64,000 nucleotides of DNA from Nitrospirota bacterium. GTDB taxonomy: Bacteria; Nitrospirota; UBA9217. Made by a program: the position numbers and the translations under genes. The notes below the pieces were generated by a model. It made no database searches. It worked only from the letters and a program-made list of their open reading frames with translations, and had not been told where the DNA came from. Below, piece by piece: positions 61,720 to 64,000 of the stretch. Position 1 is the stretch's first letter; each line of letters opens with the position of its first letter. The stretch lies in the NCBI GenBank assembly GCA_963840455.1, contig CAWIYV010000010.1, forward strand, positions 416,001-480,000, given 5' to 3'.

Positions 61720-63156
61720 CGATCATGATGCTCGCATATGCTTTGGCTGTGCCTTCGGTGTCCGGATTCCTGTTCGTCACCTGGTGCACCCGTTCAGACC
61801 TCAAGCAGAGCTTTTTTGAACGGTTCTTTCTCGGCTTTGGCATCGGCACAGGGATTATCACGTTCGAGATGTTCCTCCTCGGGCTGTTCAGAATACCGTT
61901 GAACACTGGTGGCGATCTCTATCATGCCGATCGCAACAGCGATTCTTCTTGGGTATCTCCTGTACCGGTCAGGAATACCATGGCGACAGATCTTCAGCCA
62001 AGCGGCAGAAGATACTGATGTGTCACCGGTAAAGGCAGCGTATCTCAAAAGGTTCATTGTCTTTGTCCTCATCGCATGGATCCTTGCAAAGGTCCTGTTT
62101 GTCCTGTATGAAGGGTTTTTCCTGCCTGAGCACACATCGGACAGTTGGGAACACTGGAGTTCAGGCGCTAAATTCATTTTTTATGAAAAAGGTCTTGCAC
62201 TCGATCCTGCGAACGAGCACTTTTTTGGAGCGGGCTACTTGAAAGTGCAGCGATATCCGCTGAATGTTCCCCTCATGCAGGTCTGGATCTCTCTCTGCAT
62301 CGGGGAGGCCCATGAAGTGTACATGAAGGTATGGAATGCCCTGTTTTTCATCAGCATGGTAGGCCTGCTGTTCTTTGCTCTCCGCAGGAAAACGACGCTC
62401 ATGACCGCACTCCTTGCCGCCTTTTTCCTCTCGACGGTTCCGCTGCTCACCTATCATGCGCTTACCGCATATGCGGACCTGCCGTTAAGCGCCTACGCTC
62501 TGGGCGCCATGGTCTGTTTCTGGAACGCGATCGAGGCTCTGAAGAGCGGACGCGCCGGCCATGCCACAGGCCTATTCGTGCTCATGGGTGCCTGTGCGGC
62601 GCTGTGCGTGTGGACCAAGATGGAGGGCTTGTTTTTCGCAGCAGCCTTTTCCGCTTCGTTGGCGCTTTATTATCTGATGAAAAAAATTTCATTCACACAG
62701 GTGATGGCCTTTCTCGCCCCTCTCGTTCTCGTCTCCGTTCCGTGGTATGTTTTTTTGATGAGCATTGGCGTTCCGATAAGTTATGGCAAGGCGGAGTTGC
62801 CGGGAGCAACGATGACCGCGGGAATTCATTTCCAGGTGCTGCCCGTCATAGCTGAGCAGATCCTGTTCTCGGCGAATTTCAACCTGATCTTTTTGTTCCT
62901 GTTCCTGCTGGTCATCGCTGGATACAGGCGGATCCGGGAGTCCGGCCTCGGATACCTTTACGCGGTGTTGCTCTCCGTCATGGCGATGTTTCTTGTGATG
63001 TATCTGGGCACGGATACGTACCGGTGGGTTATGAACCTGACAGCGGTCAACCGGAATATCCTGACCTTTATCCCGATGATGTATTATGTGTCGGCATTGA
63101 CCGCCGGCAGGCTTCTCGAGGGGGATGTGGTCACGGACCGCCGGCCGCATCGATGA
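61716..63156 (+). CDS. Multi-TM GT-C (ArnT/PMT-like) glycosyltransferase candidate, frameshifted near 61908
   Basis: DSWEHW...AK, YPL.VP, AYADLPL and WTKMEG motifs in 61909-63156. The N-terminal TM part (61716 onward) joins after removing one G at 61908-61909. Confidence 0.7.
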
Positions 63157-64000
63157 GGTCCCGACAAGGGGGATCCCATGCCATCAAAAATATTCTGATC
63201 ATGCCACGGAGAGGCCGGACCGGCGATATGCATACCCAACTGCGGAACAATGCTCGACAAGCGGATTCTCGATGGCTGCCGTATTTCAAAAGCCCTTTCG
63301 TCCACGGCGCCCTGATCATCATCCTCTGCCTTGCCGCCTATTCCAACACCTTTCACGTGCCGTTCCAGTTCGATGACCCGCGCAGCATCAGCGAGGTGCC
63401 CTATGTCAGGGACATGCACCAATTTCCGAATCCCATAACGCTGCAGCGGGCCGTCGGCTTCTTTACGTTTGCCCTGAACTATCGGCTCCATGGTACTGAC
63501 GTTGTCGGTTACCATATCGTCAACCTCGTTATCCATATCATAAACGCGTTCCTCGTATACGCATTTATTGTCCTGACCTTCCGGACGCCGGTCCTGCAAA
63601 GGTCTACGCTAAAGAAGCATGCGAAGCTCATAGCCCTTTTCAGCGCCCTTCTCTTTGCGGGTCATCCGATACAGACCCAGGCGGTCACCTATATTGCCCA
63701 GCGCTTCGCCTCGCTTGCGACGCTCTTTTTCCTTCTGAGCCTCGTCGCCTATATCAGGTCGAGGATTCCGGCCGTTGCGAACCCGTCGAACCGTCGGTCC
63801 TTCATCTGGTACGGTGTTTCCCTTCTCTCCGCCGTGTTTGCGATGAAGACCAAGGAGACAGCGTTCACCCTCCCGGTCGTCATCGCCCTGTACGAATTCC
63901 TGTTCCTTGAGGGAGCGATCAGAAAGAGGCTCCTGCTGCTGCTGCCCTTTCTGCTCACGATGACCATCATTCCTCTGAGCCTTCTTGGCACAGCCAAGCC
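63153..64000 (+). CDS. Second TMTC-like GT-C membrane protein, runs off the window edge
   Basis: Manual translation: AYSNTFHVPFQFDD...TFALNY...GYHIVNLVIH...LFAGHPIQTQAVTYIAQR...AMKTKE. The start could be 63153, 63201 or 63228. Confidence 0.85.
   Translation, partial: MRSRQGGSHAIKNILIMPRRGRTGDMHTQLRNNARQADSRWLPYFKSPFVHGALIIILCLAAYSNTFHVPFQFDDPRSISEVPYVRDMHQFPNPITLQRAVGFFTFALNYRLHGTDVVGYHIVNLVIHIINAFLVYAFIVLTFRTPVLQRSTLKKHAKLIALFSALLFAGHPIQTQAVTYIAQRFASLATLFFLLSLVAYIRSRIPAVANPSNRRSFIWYGVSLLSAVFAMKTKETAFTLPVVIALYEFLFLEGAIRKRLLLLLPFLLTMTIIPLSLLGTAK

Overview
Chromosomal replication-origin region of a GC-rich bacterium, most plausibly Nitrospirota or a deltaproteobacteria-like lineage (inferred from gene content, not searched). 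Bases 1-40.3 kb are mostly core genome: purL, a bactofilin, parB, parA, two perfect parS sites bracketing a Clp1-like polynucleotide kinase, rsmG, mnmG, mnmE and pgi. A candidate oriC (six DnaA-trios next to an AT-rich unwinding tract) lies about 2 kb upstream of dnaA, followed by dnaA-dnaN-gyrB-gyrA, serS with all four tRNA-Ser genes, tRNA-Arg(ACG), tadA, SRP RNA, dnaX-ybaB-recR, porCDAB, mglBA and tRNA-Asn. After tRNA-Asn an accessory region holds a sigma54 two-component module with a CxxCH sensor kinase, a 2006-aa repeat-rich surface protein and a cluster of TMTC-like/GT-C, GT2 and GtrA glycosylation genes. The most unusual signals are a 167-nt tRNA-like structured element after tRNA-Arg, the parS-flanked Clp1 gene, the displaced origin and the candidate TMTC-type protein glycosylation locus. 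Four single-base frameshifts in otherwise intact genes look like sequencing indels.
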